Origin: a virus
Lineage: Duplodnaviria > Caudoviricetes
Reading direction: 5' to 3' (one strand)
IMG/VR virus record: IMGVR_UViG_2907128583_000005
Span: 1 to 64,000 of that record
DNA length: 64,000 nucleotides
The translations under genes and the position numbers were made by a program. Below the pieces are notes generated by a model, which was not told the DNA's origin, searched no databases, and saw only the letters and a list, made by a program, of their open reading frames with translations. This document shows positions 27,314 to 39,223 of this stretch, in pieces; the stretch's first letter is position 1, and each line of letters begins with the position of its first letter.

Positions 27314-30228
27314 TCATGGGGTGTTTCCTGACGTGTGTTCAGGTTGCACATGTGTTAGGTCTGGTTCATCATGAACCTTACTATGCATCAGTAGTGCCTC
27401 AATTGACTTTTTGAGGTGGTATATCTCTGCATCCTTTTGTTGTATAAGGTATTCAGCCTGATCTGCGCGCGCTCTATGCTTTTCTAAGGCTGCACATGCT
27501 GCTTCATAGGCATCTGGTGTTGGGTATTTGCGGAACGCCTCTATGCGCCATTTCTCAGCTTCTTGGAGCCAGTAAGGAAGGGCTTCAAGTCCATCTAATA
27601 TAATCTCAGCGTTGCTCATGCCTACATTCCCAGCAATAACCTGCGCAAATGTATAATTAGCATCCTTTGCTACAATATTTCCTTCACCATTAAAAGTGAT
27701 TTCATAGGTCCAGCCCTTGGCTTGTTCTGACAGTTTCATATCCTCTTGCCAGTTACGTTCTGTCACTGTTGTTCCTCCCCATCCTCTTTAAGCCTTACAA
27801 GACGACCTGTAGAGTCTGTAACAATGTCTGGATCACCATATCCCCATTCAATAGCCCGTTGTGCTCGTTCTTTCAACTGCTCCACGTTCATTGGTTCAAA
27901 CCATTCGGACATCAACACACATTTTTCACCTTCATAAAATCTATGAACAATCACTGTCTTTGCCATCTATATATCCTCCCTTAGTGGGTGTAGGTCCTAC
28001 ACCCTGTATTGGTTTAATCCACGTACAATCCAATCTCACCGCCGTATTCGTACTCAAGCCTCAGAATCAAACCAATATCAACAATACTCACAGCTATACC
28101 CTTTTCGATAAGTTTGTTGAAAATATATTCTGCACATTCGTCATAATTAAACTCTATTGGTTCTTCCTGCTGACCTTCGATTCCGTTAACTATTTCGAGC
28201 ATATCTCTAGTAAGTTTTGAATTGGTCTTTTCAAGCTCATCTACCCTTCGAGCCAAGAGCAGAACATAATCCTTGTCTATATCACCCTTCTTAACTCGTT
28301 CCAATGCTCTCTTATATACTTTTCCTTGCTCGTTCATATCTATCATCCTTCCAACGCTCAGAGCGTATTGTATTGGTGGTTACTCCCCTAATGCCTTGTT
28401 GATATGGTTAAACGCCGATAATAGAGACTGTTCATCCTTGTTAGCAAATGCTAAGTTCTTCTGTATAGCTGTCTTGGCTTCTTCCAGTGCCTTTTGGTAT
28501 CTGTATGCTTTGTCTGTCATGTTTAATTGACTTGAAACTGATGATTCCAGGTCAGCAGATATCCGGGCTATTGTCCGCTCCCTCTCTGCAAGCTGCTTGC
28601 CTCTCTCCGCAGCCGTTTGGAAGTTAGCTAGGCTTTCCTCATTCAAGCCATTTACCTGCTGTTGGAGTGAGTCTACCAGGGCAAGCAGGTCTTCTACCTC
28701 TCTAACTGGTAATAGGATATTTTTCTTCGCTTCGTTTTTAGCCTGCTGCAAATCTGTACGGATTAAATCTACTGTCCGTTCACTCATGACTGTTCCTCCT
28801 TGAATTCTTTTTCAAACAGCACTGACAACATGCTGTGCTTATCCGTATCAAACGTGCAGTATCTGTAATGCACGTATCCATCTATGTCTTCGTAAAGTGC
28901 AAATACCAGTTCGCCATCTTCATCCGTGTAAAACCGCTCTATTCGACGTTTGAGGTGTATCACTCACCTTTACCGCCTCCAGTCAGCCTTTTAATAGCCT
29001 CTTCGATTTCATCCGTATTGGTAGGGTATGAATCAATATACTGCGAGGCATCTTCCCATATAGCTTCGTTTATCATTTGGTCGATTTCTTCCCTGCTCTT
29101 ACCTTCTACATCCTCGTCGTCAATCTCGACTGCTCCCTCTCTACATGCGCCTGGATAGCCGATAGACAATTTCCATTCAACTAGCATTTATATTCATCTC
29201 CTTATAGGGGTATAGGGTAAGAGGCCAGAAGGCCCCTGTTTAGGCGTTCGGTTGATCCAGCGTGTCGATAATTACTTCTGGTCCGTCTAACATCCAGTAT
29301 TTTGTTGCGTGATCACCGTTGAATGCTTCGTTAAGCACAGCCTGAATCTGGTCATAATGTTCTTGCTTCAAGCAATCAAACGCCCTGTCATCCCAATCTT
29401 CGTACATTTCGTTATATTGTGTTTCGATGTACTGACGGAGCATGGTCTTTGCGTCCGGATGCCACCGATGCTCATTGGCGACATACCATGTATGCAACAT
29501 CAGGTCTCCATCCTCATTCGCTTGTTCACGTAGTTGATCGGGCGTAAGTGTGCAATTAGAATCCTCATAGCTCAACATTGTTTCATTTGGCAGCTCAGAC
29601 AATTTAACTTTTTCCATTTCTAAATCGCTCCTTTGATATTTGTATTTGGTAGGGTAAGAGGCTGTTATGCCTCTCCCTCACTTGCCTTCAATCTTGCCAT
29701 CTCCACTTTGTATCTATCTTTAATAAAGTTAATATGTCTGTCATTCCTCGTATTCGGGTGACGATGAGATTGTTTTAGGTATTCAGTTCCAACATGATCT
29801 ATGCTTAATTGAGGGCTGTCCCACCATGAATCGGTACTTATACCCCGCCCATCCGTAAAACGTGACATGTAGCCTCGTTTTGTCTGACATTTCCACATTT
29901 CAAATTTTAGTCTCGGCATTCTGTATCTCTCCTTTATAGGTAGTAGGGGGTGTATCCCCCTTATGGAGGGCTGTTCCCTCCTTCTTATCCCCTATGGGGC
30001 TTAATCGTTAATGCCAGGTACCTTAATACCTGCTATTTCAAGAGCCTTTGCCATACCTTTTCGATATATTACGTTCTCCGTGTCATATTCAGCTAAATAA
30101 CCTTTTGGTTCTTTGAAATGTGCAAGCATCCGTTCCTCCATCGTTTGTTCAACTTCGTAGCCGATGTATAAAGCGCGAATAAGTTTGTCCGGCGTCATGT
30201 CACTCAACGCTTTATTTTCCTCGCTATA
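27314..30228 (-). CDS. Cluster of small early hypothetical phage genes (27314-27766, 27763-27966, 28014-28346, 28380-28787, 28960-29187, 29240-29617, 29665-29919 and the gene ending at 30001)
   Basis: Tightly packed co-oriented ORFs, each with an RBS. No recognisable families. Confidence 0.6.
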
Positions 30229-30354
30229 TTCACCCGATAAAATATGGTCATGTACAAGTTCCTCACGAGCGCATCCTCTTTTGAGTAATCTTTCTATCAC
30301 TTGAGCCTGTGCTTTGGTTAAAATCACTTTATCCATTGTTATGTCCTCTCTGCC

Positions 30355-30640
30355 CTTGGGGGCTATACTTTCCATCGTTATTTTTTGGTATAATTTATTT
30401 AAAGGAGTTGATAAAATGCTTGGTTTCGTACTTATACTTTTTGCAATTATTTTTTTCGCGCTTGGTATTTTAAGTAAACGAAATCCCACTTGGGGATGGC
30501 GTGCAAACGAAGCCTGGAAGATCAAAGGTGACTCAGAACCAAGTGATGCATACATTAATGACATGAAATTTAGAGGCTCTGTATCTATTCTCTTTGGTTC
30601 CTTCTTTTTAGTATGTGGACTTTTGGTTATATTCCTGTAA
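30355..30640 (+). CDS. Small membrane protein (DUF6199-like moron); likely start at the ATG near 30416
   Basis: Two hydrophobic helices flanking NPTWGWRANEAWKIKGDSEPSDAY; opposite strand to its neighbours. An AAGGAG RBS precedes MLGFVL. Confidence 0.6.
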
Positions 30641-30656
30641 GATCCAATACCCTTTA

Positions 30657-31337
30657 TTAATCATCAAAATACCCATATCCAAAAGGCACTTGCTGTTTAG
30701 CTGAAGCCCCTAAAATATCGTTTATCATGTTTTCGAAAACAGAAATCTGTTTTTCATCCATAGCTTCCAGCAAGTGTACTTCCTTAACCTTCAAAGATCG
30801 GCCTGCCGCTGTAGTAAGTAGTTCCATAACTGGTTTTATAGATTCCAGATGTTCCTTTTTCTCGGCTTCTACGCGCTTACTCGCCGCCTGTTTGCGGTTG
30901 TACTCTTCCCAATCTTGTTCATCGAACCAAAAATGATCTCCGTATTTGTCTCGGAAAGCTGAAATCCAGAATTGCAGCAGCTCCTCATTTGTTTGTATCC
31001 GATCATGACACGGCCAACAGAGCCTCAATCCGTTTGTCTTCACACCGCGCCCTTTTCTCCCGCGCGGATATACATGATGGGTGGTCGTAGCCTCGGCGGT
31101 TTTACAGCATTCGCAGATTCCATTTGAATCGGCAATCAACTCCGCGATTACATCCTTTGAGAATTTGCCGCGCTCCTTGGTATTAGGCCGTGACTGGTGA
31201 TGAGAGAGAATGTCTTTCTTCCATTCAGGAACAGTTTTTTTATCCTTTTTCCGTTGTCCAAGGCTGTTGTAAGTCTTCTTTTGCTTTGGCTTTTTCTCCG
31301 ACTTCCAAAATGTTTGATGGGACATTCCCCTCGCCAC
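30657..31337 (-). CDS. HNH endonuclease-domain protein
   Basis: CECC...HHVYPRGRKGRGVKTNGLRLCWPCH motif. Confidence 0.8.
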   Translation of the reverse strand: MARGMSHQTFWKSEKKPKQKKTYNSLGQRKKDKKTVPEWKKDILSHHQSRPNTKERGKFSKDVIAELIADSNGICECCKTAEATTTHHVYPRGRKGRGVKTNGLRLCWPCHDRIQTNEELLQFWISAFRDKYGDHFWFDEQDWEEYNRKQAASKRVEAEKKEHLESIKPVMELLTTAAGRSLKVKEVHLLEAMDEKQISVFENMINDILGASAKQQVPFGYGYFDD

Positions 31338-32083
31338 CTTTCCGACAATTTAAATTCGTTTCTCCTTTGCTTATGCTTATATTTTGAGCCTAAACCATTA
31401 CGGCTCCACTACGGATTTTAGAGGTTCAAGCAGCCCTGCTTCTTCTAAAATCGAATAATACTTATATCTTTCTAACGTTGTTACGCGCACTTTATTTATC
31501 GTATGTGATGCGTAGAAGGCTACAGCCTGCTGTACCTCAATAGGCTCATCTTCGAGCTTGTTTAAGTCGAGCTTTTTCACAAACTATTCTCCCTTATGCG
31601 GCGACTATATTTCTCTTGAAAATCACCCTTTATTTTAGGCGGTAAGGTATCAATTACCTCATTCCAAATGTTTAATAATTCACTGTTAAGTGAAGCGAAC
31701 TTTTGTATATCCACGTAACGTTCCACCAATGCTGTAGTGAACTCATCCATTTCTTGTTCTGTCATACACCACGCCTCCATTACGTTTTTGGTTCCAGTAC
31801 AATGTTGCTCTTTTGGATACAGTGTTGCGTAATCGAATCATTCAGCGTAGGAAAAGTTTCCTTAACTGATCACTTGGCTTGTGCCAACCTCACCGAATGA
31901 TCCCGGTGAACGCTCTGAGCTTAATGACCTGTTTATACTCGCTCAGACGAGTTTTTAATTCTTTGATCCAAATTGTAAGTAGGATGAAGTTCCACTCGAA
32001 TTCCCAAAACCCGTCTTGCCAGAATACCCATTGCTTGTATGTTTTTCTCATAATCAGCGCCTCCATTTTGATATGCAATATAC

Positions 32084-32138
32084 AATATGCAAACTCGTAT
32101 ATTTGTTTGTAAACCAATAATATACGAGTTTGCATATT
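32084..32138. promoter_or_regulatory. Perfect 20-bp inverted repeat (probable operator) upstream of an XRE regulator
   Basis: AATATGCAAACTCGTATATT-N15-AATATACGAGTTTGCATATT. Confidence 0.6.
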
Positions 32139-32201
32139 CAGTCAATAGATATTGATAAAAAATATACAACATCGTATAATGCATTGTATTGAGGTGATAT
32201 C

Positions 32202-32420
32202 ATGGCTAAAGTTGTTAGGGTGCGTCCCAATTTGACAAACATTTTGAAAGAAAGGGATATGACCCAAAATCAACTATCTGAACTTAGTGGAGTTCCGCAA
32301 GCTTCTATCAGTCGATTCGACAAAAACGAGCGTCACGAAGCAAATATTTTATTCTCGATCTCAAAAGCACTTAATATTTCCATTGAAGATTTATTTGTTG
32401 AGGAGCAAGAGGAAGTATGA
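32202..32420 (+). CDS. XRE/Cro-like HTH regulator
   Basis: LKERDMTQNQLSELSGVPQASISRF...ISKALNISIEDLF. Confidence 0.85.
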   Translation: MAKVVRVRPNLTNILKERDMTQNQLSELSGVPQASISRFDKNERHEANILFSISKALNISIEDLFVEEQEEV

Positions 32421-32444
32421 CCTCTGTGCTCCTTTTATTTATCC

Positions 32445-32983
32445 TCAGATTGGGGTAAGCAGCCTTTCGAGTCGCATGATTTCTTTCTGCTGGTACTGAA
32501 TAAGATCAATTGCCTCCTCCAGCGCCATAAGCTTCCAGTCATAGGCCATATCTGATACCTGGTCTATAGTTGTTCCGTATTTCTTAAGACCTTTCTCATT
32601 TTGCTTGTCCAGCAATTCTATGATCCGCTGTGTTACTTCCGGACGTTTAATTTCATTTTGAGAGCGCTTCATTTAATTTCCTCCTCCGTTCTCGGTAGAA
32701 TAAGCGTACCACCGTAATACTCCATCTCTGCCTGATTAGGATCACTCACCGGACCCCAATGGTTATTGGTTTGCATGATACGAACAATATCAGTGGCATA
32801 TGGTTCGTCTGTGTTAACTACCAGATACGTATTAAGTGGAGGCTTTCCATCCAGAAGCCGCAGCTCCTGAACCTTCCACAAAATCCGAGATAGATCACTT
32901 TTCTCACGTTCATCAAGGTATTTATTGATATCCTCATTTTTTAATACGGTGAATTTTACTTGCATTCCGGCTAGTCCTGACAT
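32445..32983 (-). CDS. Two small phage hypothetical proteins (32445-32672, 32669-32983)
   Basis: Overlapping start/stop junctions; KGLKKYGTTID motif in the first. Confidence 0.6.
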
Positions 32984-33451
32984 TTTTCCTCTCTCCTTCT
33001 GCTTGTTTTAAAAGTTTATTGATAGCTCGTTTCCGATCCGCTTTTTCTTTCTTGAACTGCTTGATCGGAATGAATTCTCCTCGTTTTTTAGTGAGTATAT
33101 CTATAGGTAAAGTCGGATATTTTGCTTGGAATAATTTCAATTTGACACGGAATGTCGATGTCTCTACACCCTTGATATCTATTACTCGCTGAGTATCGTC
33201 CAGATTAGTGACCAGAAAATCAGCAATGTAGGTCACTTTTGGTTTCTCCTGTAGTATAAATACAGGGTGGCACTTGAAGTCTTTGATTTCTCCATACTTG
33301 CGCTGACGAAGGAGTTCTTGGCAATACTCTCCCTCTGCTTTGCTATCAAAGAGAGTACCTATCACATCTAGTTCATACCTTTTTACAATCCATTCCTCAA
33401 ATAACGTTCCGTCCTCCGTGACAATGACCTTTTTGGCATTATATTTACTCA
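32934..33451 (-). CDS. DUF1064 family nuclease
   Basis: MSKYNAKK...FDSKAEGEY...YIADFLV...VIDIKG, a PD-(D/E)xK pattern. Confidence 0.8.
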
Positions 33452-33453
33452 TC

Positions 33454-34572
33454 TTATCCAGCCACCCTATAAGGAAGAACAACGTAGAAACTGGACTCGT
33501 CACTCCGAAGAGTGAGAGGCTTTAAAGAACCAGTGTACCCGAGTGTAATTACATCGTTTTCTAAGACCTTCAATGCATCCAGCACATATTTTGCATTCAA
33601 CGTCAGGTTGAAATTTTCTCCGTTGAAACTGATTGGTGTTATGCTTTCTGTTGCCTTACCCGTTTCCTTTCCCTTACCTCGAATATTAATTTCTTTTTCT
33701 GTAACTGAGAATGTAACAGCGTTGTTTTTTTCTTCTTTCGCCAATGTAAAAATAAGATCCAATGATTCAATCAGTTCTTTCCGATTCACTTGTATTTCGG
33801 TAACTGCTTTAATAGCCATAGCATGGGTTGTATCAGGGTAAATCCCTTCTAGAACACGAGAATAAAATATAAATCTTTCTGTTCGTGCGAACGCATATAT
33901 TACTTCTCCGCCAGAAGACTTGGAAAAACCGAATTCTACTTCATCGTTGTCATTTACGATCTTCTGTAACTCAATTATTCCTCTAGCTTCAATAACAGCC
34001 GTGCCGATATTTCCAATATCAAATTCTCTCTCAGCACGGGCCAATCGGTGTCGGTTCGTTGCCACCATTTGAATTTTCCCGGTCTGAAGGATAACGTTTA
34101 CCCCTGTAATGATAGGGTGTGATTTTCCGTCTATATCAGCCGCGAAAACTGTTTTTTTGATCAAATTTTTTAAGTCTTTTCCCTTAATCTCAACAAACTC
34201 ATTTTCATTTATCTCTGGAGGAGCAGGATATTCTTCTGGAGGCATTCCAGTAATCTCAATTTCCTTATTCCGTGACTTTATGGTGACTTGATTCCCATTT
34301 TTAACTTGCAGTTCTATTTTCCCATTGATCTTTTGAAGAATATCCAATAGAACTTTAGGCAGTGCCGCCGAACCAGTCTCTTTGATGTCTATGTTTTCCT
34401 CGACAAATGATTGGATAGTTGCTCGGTCATCGGTACCAGTAACCGTAAGCCTGTCCTCCGTTGCTTCAATCAAAAAGCAACTCAATATAGGGATTATTAC
34501 TTTTGTTGAAATTGCCTTACTGGCATCTTCTAAAGCCTCAGCTAATAGGGAACTGTCCACTACTATATTCAT
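33454..34572 (-). CDS. dnaN: DNA polymerase III beta sliding clamp (phage-encoded)
   Basis: 372 aa; IPILSCFLIEA, VATNRHRLA, SRVLEGIYPD, LNAKYVLDALK and VVLPYR motifs. Confidence 0.88.
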   Translation of the reverse strand: MNIVVDSSLLAEALEDASKAISTKVIIPILSCFLIEATEDRLTVTGTDDRATIQSFVEENIDIKETGSAALPKVLLDILQKINGKIELQVKNGNQVTIKSRNKEIEITGMPPEEYPAPPEINENEFVEIKGKDLKNLIKKTVFAADIDGKSHPIITGVNVILQTGKIQMVATNRHRLARAEREFDIGNIGTAVIEARGIIELQKIVNDNDEVEFGFSKSSGGEVIYAFARTERFIFYSRVLEGIYPDTTHAMAIKAVTEIQVNRKELIESLDLIFTLAKEEKNNAVTFSVTEKEINIRGKGKETGKATESITPISFNGENFNLTLNAKYVLDALKVLENDVITLGYTGSLKPLTLRSDESSFYVVLPYRVAG

Positions 34573-34703
34573 AAGCTCTGACCTCCTTCTTCACCGCTTC
34601 CTTCTTAGCATTTGGGTTGCATTCTGGACATGGACCCAATGCCATCATGGAGCCAATGAAACTGTATGCTACCTTACTGCCCCCACATGTTCTGCACATA
34701 TGC

Positions 34704-35660
34704 TTACCTCCTACGTCTATTCCGTCCGCCTACTGGCAGTATTTTTACAAAAGGCTCAATCCGTTCAATAATCCGCTCCGCCTTCTTCTCATGCTGCTTT
34801 CTGTCCATCTCCTTAGCATCCTTTACATTAGCCAAGTGATGCCTCAATTCATTGACGGTCAAATTTGATGTGTAGATTATCGGCAGCCGCTCCATGCGAC
34901 GCTGGAGTATAGGCCCTATTACTTCATCCCTTGTCCAAACGGTCAAGGTCTCAGCTCCAATATCATCAAGTATCAGTACAGAAGCCGTTCTGAGAGAGTC
35001 AAGTTTGTTCTCAACGGTCTCTGTCTTGGAACCAATAGCATCTTTGACTTCCAGCAGAAAATCCGGTACATAGACCATGAGAACATCTATGTCACATTTG
35101 GCAAGTTCTTGAGCAATCGCTCCTGCTATCTTGCTCTTACCTACCCCCATCGGACCATAAAGGTACAAACCTTCTGTCGTCTCCCCTGGAACGAACGTGC
35201 TACAGAACTTCACTGCCGCCGTAATCGCAGCCAACCGCTGCGGATCAGGTTCAATGTCGTCAAAGGTGGCATCCAGAATGTGCGATGGTATATAGTGGCT
35301 CTTGATCCTCTGTCCGATGCCCTGCTGCTTCTCATACTGCTTCAGCAAATCGCATTTCCGAAACCGGAATACCAACTCGTCCAATTGGGTTGGACTCGGT
35401 TCCTCAACGCTCATGTGCCCCTTCTGTTCGTTTTGACATGCTTTTAAGCCGGGGCAAGCGTCGCATGCATCGCAGTATGAAAGATGCTGTGATACATCCC
35501 TGTAGTGCCTTGGACTTGTTAAATCTGCTGTCCGATCAGGATATTTCTGTTTTAGTCGTTGGATCTCAGGATGATTCTCTATGCGCTGGATGGTCGCAGC
35601 TTGGCGTTCGTAAAATCTCGAAGGCACTAAAGCCTTTAATTCTTTTTGGAAGCTTCCCAC
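34704..35660 (-). CDS. dnaI: DnaI/DnaC-like helicase loader
   Basis: GLYLYGPMGVGKS, LILDDIGAE and YTSN motifs; N-terminal Zn-binding cysteines. Confidence 0.88.
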   Translation of the reverse strand: MGSFQKELKALVPSRFYERQAATIQRIENHPEIQRLKQKYPDRTADLTSPRHYRDVSQHLSYCDACDACPGLKACQNEQKGHMSVEEPSPTQLDELVFRFRKCDLLKQYEKQQGIGQRIKSHYIPSHILDATFDDIEPDPQRLAAITAAVKFCSTFVPGETTEGLYLYGPMGVGKSKIAGAIAQELAKCDIDVLMVYVPDFLLEVKDAIGSKTETVENKLDSLRTASVLILDDIGAETLTVWTRDEVIGPILQRRMERLPIIYTSNLTVNELRHHLANVKDAKEMDRKQHEKKAERIIERIEPFVKILPVGGRNRRRR

Positions 35661-35664
35661 ATTA

Positions 35665-36720
35665 TCAGCCTCCTTGCTTTGCTCTTAACTCAGCCAGCAT
35701 TTTTTGTAAATTATCCGTGTTGTATTGCTCGTCCGATTGAAGCACAGAATCACTTTCCTGTTCACACTCCACTGTGACAGTGCTTTGGTCAGTAGTTTGA
35801 CGAGATGCATGCAAGGAATAAATGACCGTAGCACAGTAGCTTACACTTCTAATCTCATCGCGCTTATGCTTGGGTTTGAAATTGTCAAAAGCCTGATCAA
35901 TGCCATCTAAAACAGTTTGAAGTGGTACACCTTCCTTGATTAGCTCGTCTATCGCTTGATCATCAGCAATTGTTATTTCTAGGCCCTTCCCACGACGACG
36001 AAGATATTTATCAGCTACAGCCTGCCGATAATCAATATCCGAAGATGATATTTCATTCTGGTCAGAGTCAGTATCTGTTTCAGAAGTGGCAGGAACGGCA
36101 CCTTGCCGGGAAGACGGTATCCCCTCATCTTTGGAATTGATTTCATTATCAGGCGTTAAACAACAACTACTGTCTTTAATATTGTCTTTAAACATGTCTT
36201 TAGGAGTGCCTTCGTCCTTACTCCCACAAGGGTTTTCACCCTCTTTGACTTCCACTTTTCGTAAGTCGCCACTTACACTTTTCGTAACTCCTGACTTACA
36301 CTTTTCGTAACTTTCCACTTTATCACCCGCCTGTTTACTTACACTTTTCGTAACTTTATATACGGCAAGATTTATTGAAATAAGTTCCTTGAATTTTTCC
36401 TCGTTCCATTCTTTAACGAGACTTACACGCCATTCATCATAATTCTTATTTAAGGAATAAATTTGCTTGCCGTCCCACTCTATTACTTTGCACTGCATCA
36501 GATAGGTAATTTCCTTCTTAGCGTCCTGTATACGTACACCACACAGTTCAAAATTAGTCAGTAGAGGGATTGTTGCACTTTTCTTCTGGCATCCGTAGGA
36601 AAGCCGCAAAATGAGTTTTAATATCTTTTGCTGCCTTTCAGTAAACTTACGGCTTATGATCTCATCCCAAATGCTGTTGGCTATTCCTATGAACCCGTCT
36701 TTTAATTGGGGACTTACCAC
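35665..36720 (-). CDS. Replication initiator (lambda O-like N-terminus)
   Basis: SPQLKDGFIGIANSIWDEI...ILRLSYGCQKK...LNKNYDEW; contains internal iterons. Confidence 0.85.
   Translation of the reverse strand: MVSPQLKDGFIGIANSIWDEIISRKFTERQQKILKLILRLSYGCQKKSATIPLLTNFELCGVRIQDAKKEITYLMQCKVIEWDGKQIYSLNKNYDEWRVSLVKEWNEEKFKELISINLAVYKVTKSVSKQAGDKVESYEKCKSGVTKSVSGDLRKVEVKEGENPCGSKDEGTPKDMFKDNIKDSSCCLTPDNEINSKDEGIPSSRQGAVPATSETDTDSDQNEISSSDIDYRQAVADKYLRRRGKGLEITIADDQAIDELIKEGVPLQTVLDGIDQAFDNFKPKHKRDEIRSVSYCATVIYSLHASRQTTDQSTVTVECEQESDSVLQSDEQYNTDNLQKMLAELRAKQGG
36248..36355. repeat. Replication origin iterons
   Basis: ACTTACACTTTTCGTAACT at 36271, 36294 and 36337, plus a variant at 36248, all inside the initiator gene. 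Confidence 0.85.
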
Positions 36721-36747
36721 TCACCTCACCCCGGTACTTTCTGAATA

Positions 36748-38686
36748 CTATCTAATCCCGCTGGCGTTGTTTCCAAACTCCGCTAGCAGAACTTTTAGGC
36801 TGTATTTTAAAGAGTTAATTACCTGGTCATTACTTTCCACAGCATTACTCCAGCGGACCTTATCAGCTTCTGCATCTGCTTCTTGGATGCGAAGTTCAAT
36901 TACCGCCAATTCTGCACGCTGCTCCCTTAGGTTCTTTGCTGCAATATACGCTTCAGCATAAACGCGTTTCCTCTCAGCATATTTCTTCTTATAGTCCCTT
37001 ACGGCCTCAGCTGACTTGCGCCCTAGGAGAATCTGGACTTCGGTCAACAATTCAATCTTGCGAGCCAGGGTAGCAGGGTAATCATGACTGCATTGATCCG
37101 CAAGACTATAAAGCTCTCCGAGCGTATATTGTTTTTGTAGAGACAATGCAGCCACTCCTTAACCCTCAATTAATATTCTTCGCCGTAATAAGTATCAACT
37201 TCGTCTTCATCCAGGATAACCTTGGCTCCAGTCGCAAAAATTTGGAACATCAACTTTTCAAAATGGTAGAACGATGTCATAATATCTTTGTTATTGGAAA
37301 GGTTTTGACCATCAATTTTAGAGTCATAGACGTGTCCTTCTTTGTCCAAGTGGAGTTGATATTTGTATCTGTACTTTGATTTTTCAGAACCCCACGAATC
37401 TCTACTTTCGCTTTCTGGATCAAAATAGATGTGACGATACCCATCCTCCTCGCCTTCCAAAATGAAAGATATTTTTTCACCATCTCGTTCATGGTCATCA
37501 TTCTCATCTTTCTTCATTGCTTCAATCAATTCAGACAACTTGTATTCAGGTTTAATACCAACAAGCATTTGTTCAATGTTTTCTTTAATTTTTTGAACAC
37601 CTTGAATATGGAGAGCAGCATTCAACTGAGATTTAACTTCATTCAAAACCATAAGATTGTATCCGCCGATACCCAATTTTTTCATATCAATTTGCAACTG
37701 CTCTTTTACGTGATTTTCTAGCTCTTTACGAAAATCTCCGTAAGTGCCAAAATACTCTTCTACCACTTTTTTGATAGTAGTCTCAAGTTGCTTTTTAATG
37801 ACCTGCTCAACAAACCCGTCTTTTTGAATAGTTTGCATCGCATCATTTACCAAATTATTTAAATTCATATTATTACGCTCCTATTTTCAATTTTTAAAAT
37901 ACGTGATATACTGCCGTTGAAATGTTTATAAAGTGATCGTGTTGGTAGCACGATTGTTTTTCTGGGCTTCTCTGTCGTTTCTTTTGCGGTATAACTTACG
38001 GCAATAGTAATTACAGAAAAGTCCTTCTTCTTTTGGATTAGGAATTTTTTGTCCTTCAAAGACTTCTTTTTCGCAATGCTTGCAGCATCCTATTTTTTTA
38101 CCGGATATCTTGTATCCTGATGACTTAGGAGCCTCTAGCCCTTCATATTCTTCATTTTTAAATTCCTCAAGTTCACTTAATTCAGTAGTAAGCAAATCTA
38201 TTTGAGCATGAATTTCGTCAGTCGGTAATCCGAATTTAACAGCGTCAATGCTGTCCTCATATAACTCACGTAATTGCGCTCTAAGCACCTTAGATCGTTT
38301 ATGATCGTCCAACTCTCTCAGCTCCATATCTCCGCCTCAAGTTCGGATATTTTAGCCTTCAATTGCCTTGCTTGTTCCTTCAAAGGTTTCATCTTCTGAA
38401 TACAAACGTGATTAGGCCATGGACTATCTGTAATAGCATATTGAGTTTTATAAATGGCCTGAAGCTTTTGTTCAGTAAGTTCTTTTTCCTTTTGAAGAGA
38501 AAGCTTTTTCTTATCCTGCTCTGTCAGCTGTAGCATCTCAATATCTACCGAATGTTGACAATTCAACCAACAATGCATGAGTAATACAGCGGCTATAAGC
38601 GAGTCTGCTGGTTGATCCAATGTAAATTTGAAGCCTTCATCATCCACAATAGGAATAGAGTAAATGGTTTGCATTTTGCTACTCAT
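36748..38686 (-). CDS. Early hypothetical genes (36748-37155, 37170-37868, 37926-38327, 38318-38686)
   Basis: Co-oriented ORFs. 37926-38327 has CxxC...CxxxC; 37170-37868 resembles 61492-62239. Confidence 0.6.
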
Positions 38687-38791
38687 TTTGACTTGCTCTT
38701 GCGTTGTATATTACGAACGATAATGGCATGCTGTAATTCGTTTTCGAACCAGATACGAGCCAATTCCGGTAGAGTCATAATCATTCACCCC

Positions 38792-39223
38792 TTAGATATA
38801 GTCTTCTGGACGAAAGTCTTTAACGAAGTAAATGGAATCATCAAAATCAATGCGCCGGATGTGACTGTACTTCGCGACTGAGAACAAAACTTTCAACTTA
38901 CTCCAAATCATGCGGCGATATTTTCCGACCGTTTCGTTAAATTTTCCATCTGTCTCCTTGTAACGATCTTTTGTGAGAGTAATGGACCTGATTCTTACTG
39001 CATCCTGCAACTGATAGCATTCAGCGTCCGTCAGCGTTACACTGTCCCGAACCTCTTGAACCATCATCTGAACTTCTTCCACTTTTTCAGTTACATCCAA
39101 ATGCATTTGCTTAATACCGTCTACGAGGCCTCTAATTGCCATGCCTTGGGCTTCTGTCAGTTGCATTTGCTTTTCAACTACAGACAAAAAATCTGGCTGC
39201 TGATTAGGATTAATTAGTGTCAT
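38792..39223 (-). CDS. ORF6C-domain (antirepressor-associated) protein
   Basis: IWSKLKVLFSVAKYSHIRRIDFDDSIYFVKDFRP matches the ORF6C pattern. Confidence 0.75.
   Translation of the reverse strand: MTLINPNQQPDFLSVVEKQMQLTEAQGMAIRGLVDGIKQMHLDVTEKVEEVQMMVQEVRDSVTLTDAECYQLQDAVRIRSITLTKDRYKETDGKFNETVGKYRRMIWSKLKVLFSVAKYSHIRRIDFDDSIYFVKDFRPEDYI

Noticed and set aside
36248-36355. 19-bp direct repeats as a mini CRISPR array
   Set aside because: Spacers are short and irregular, the repeats lie inside the replication initiator gene, and there are no cas genes; they are iterons.
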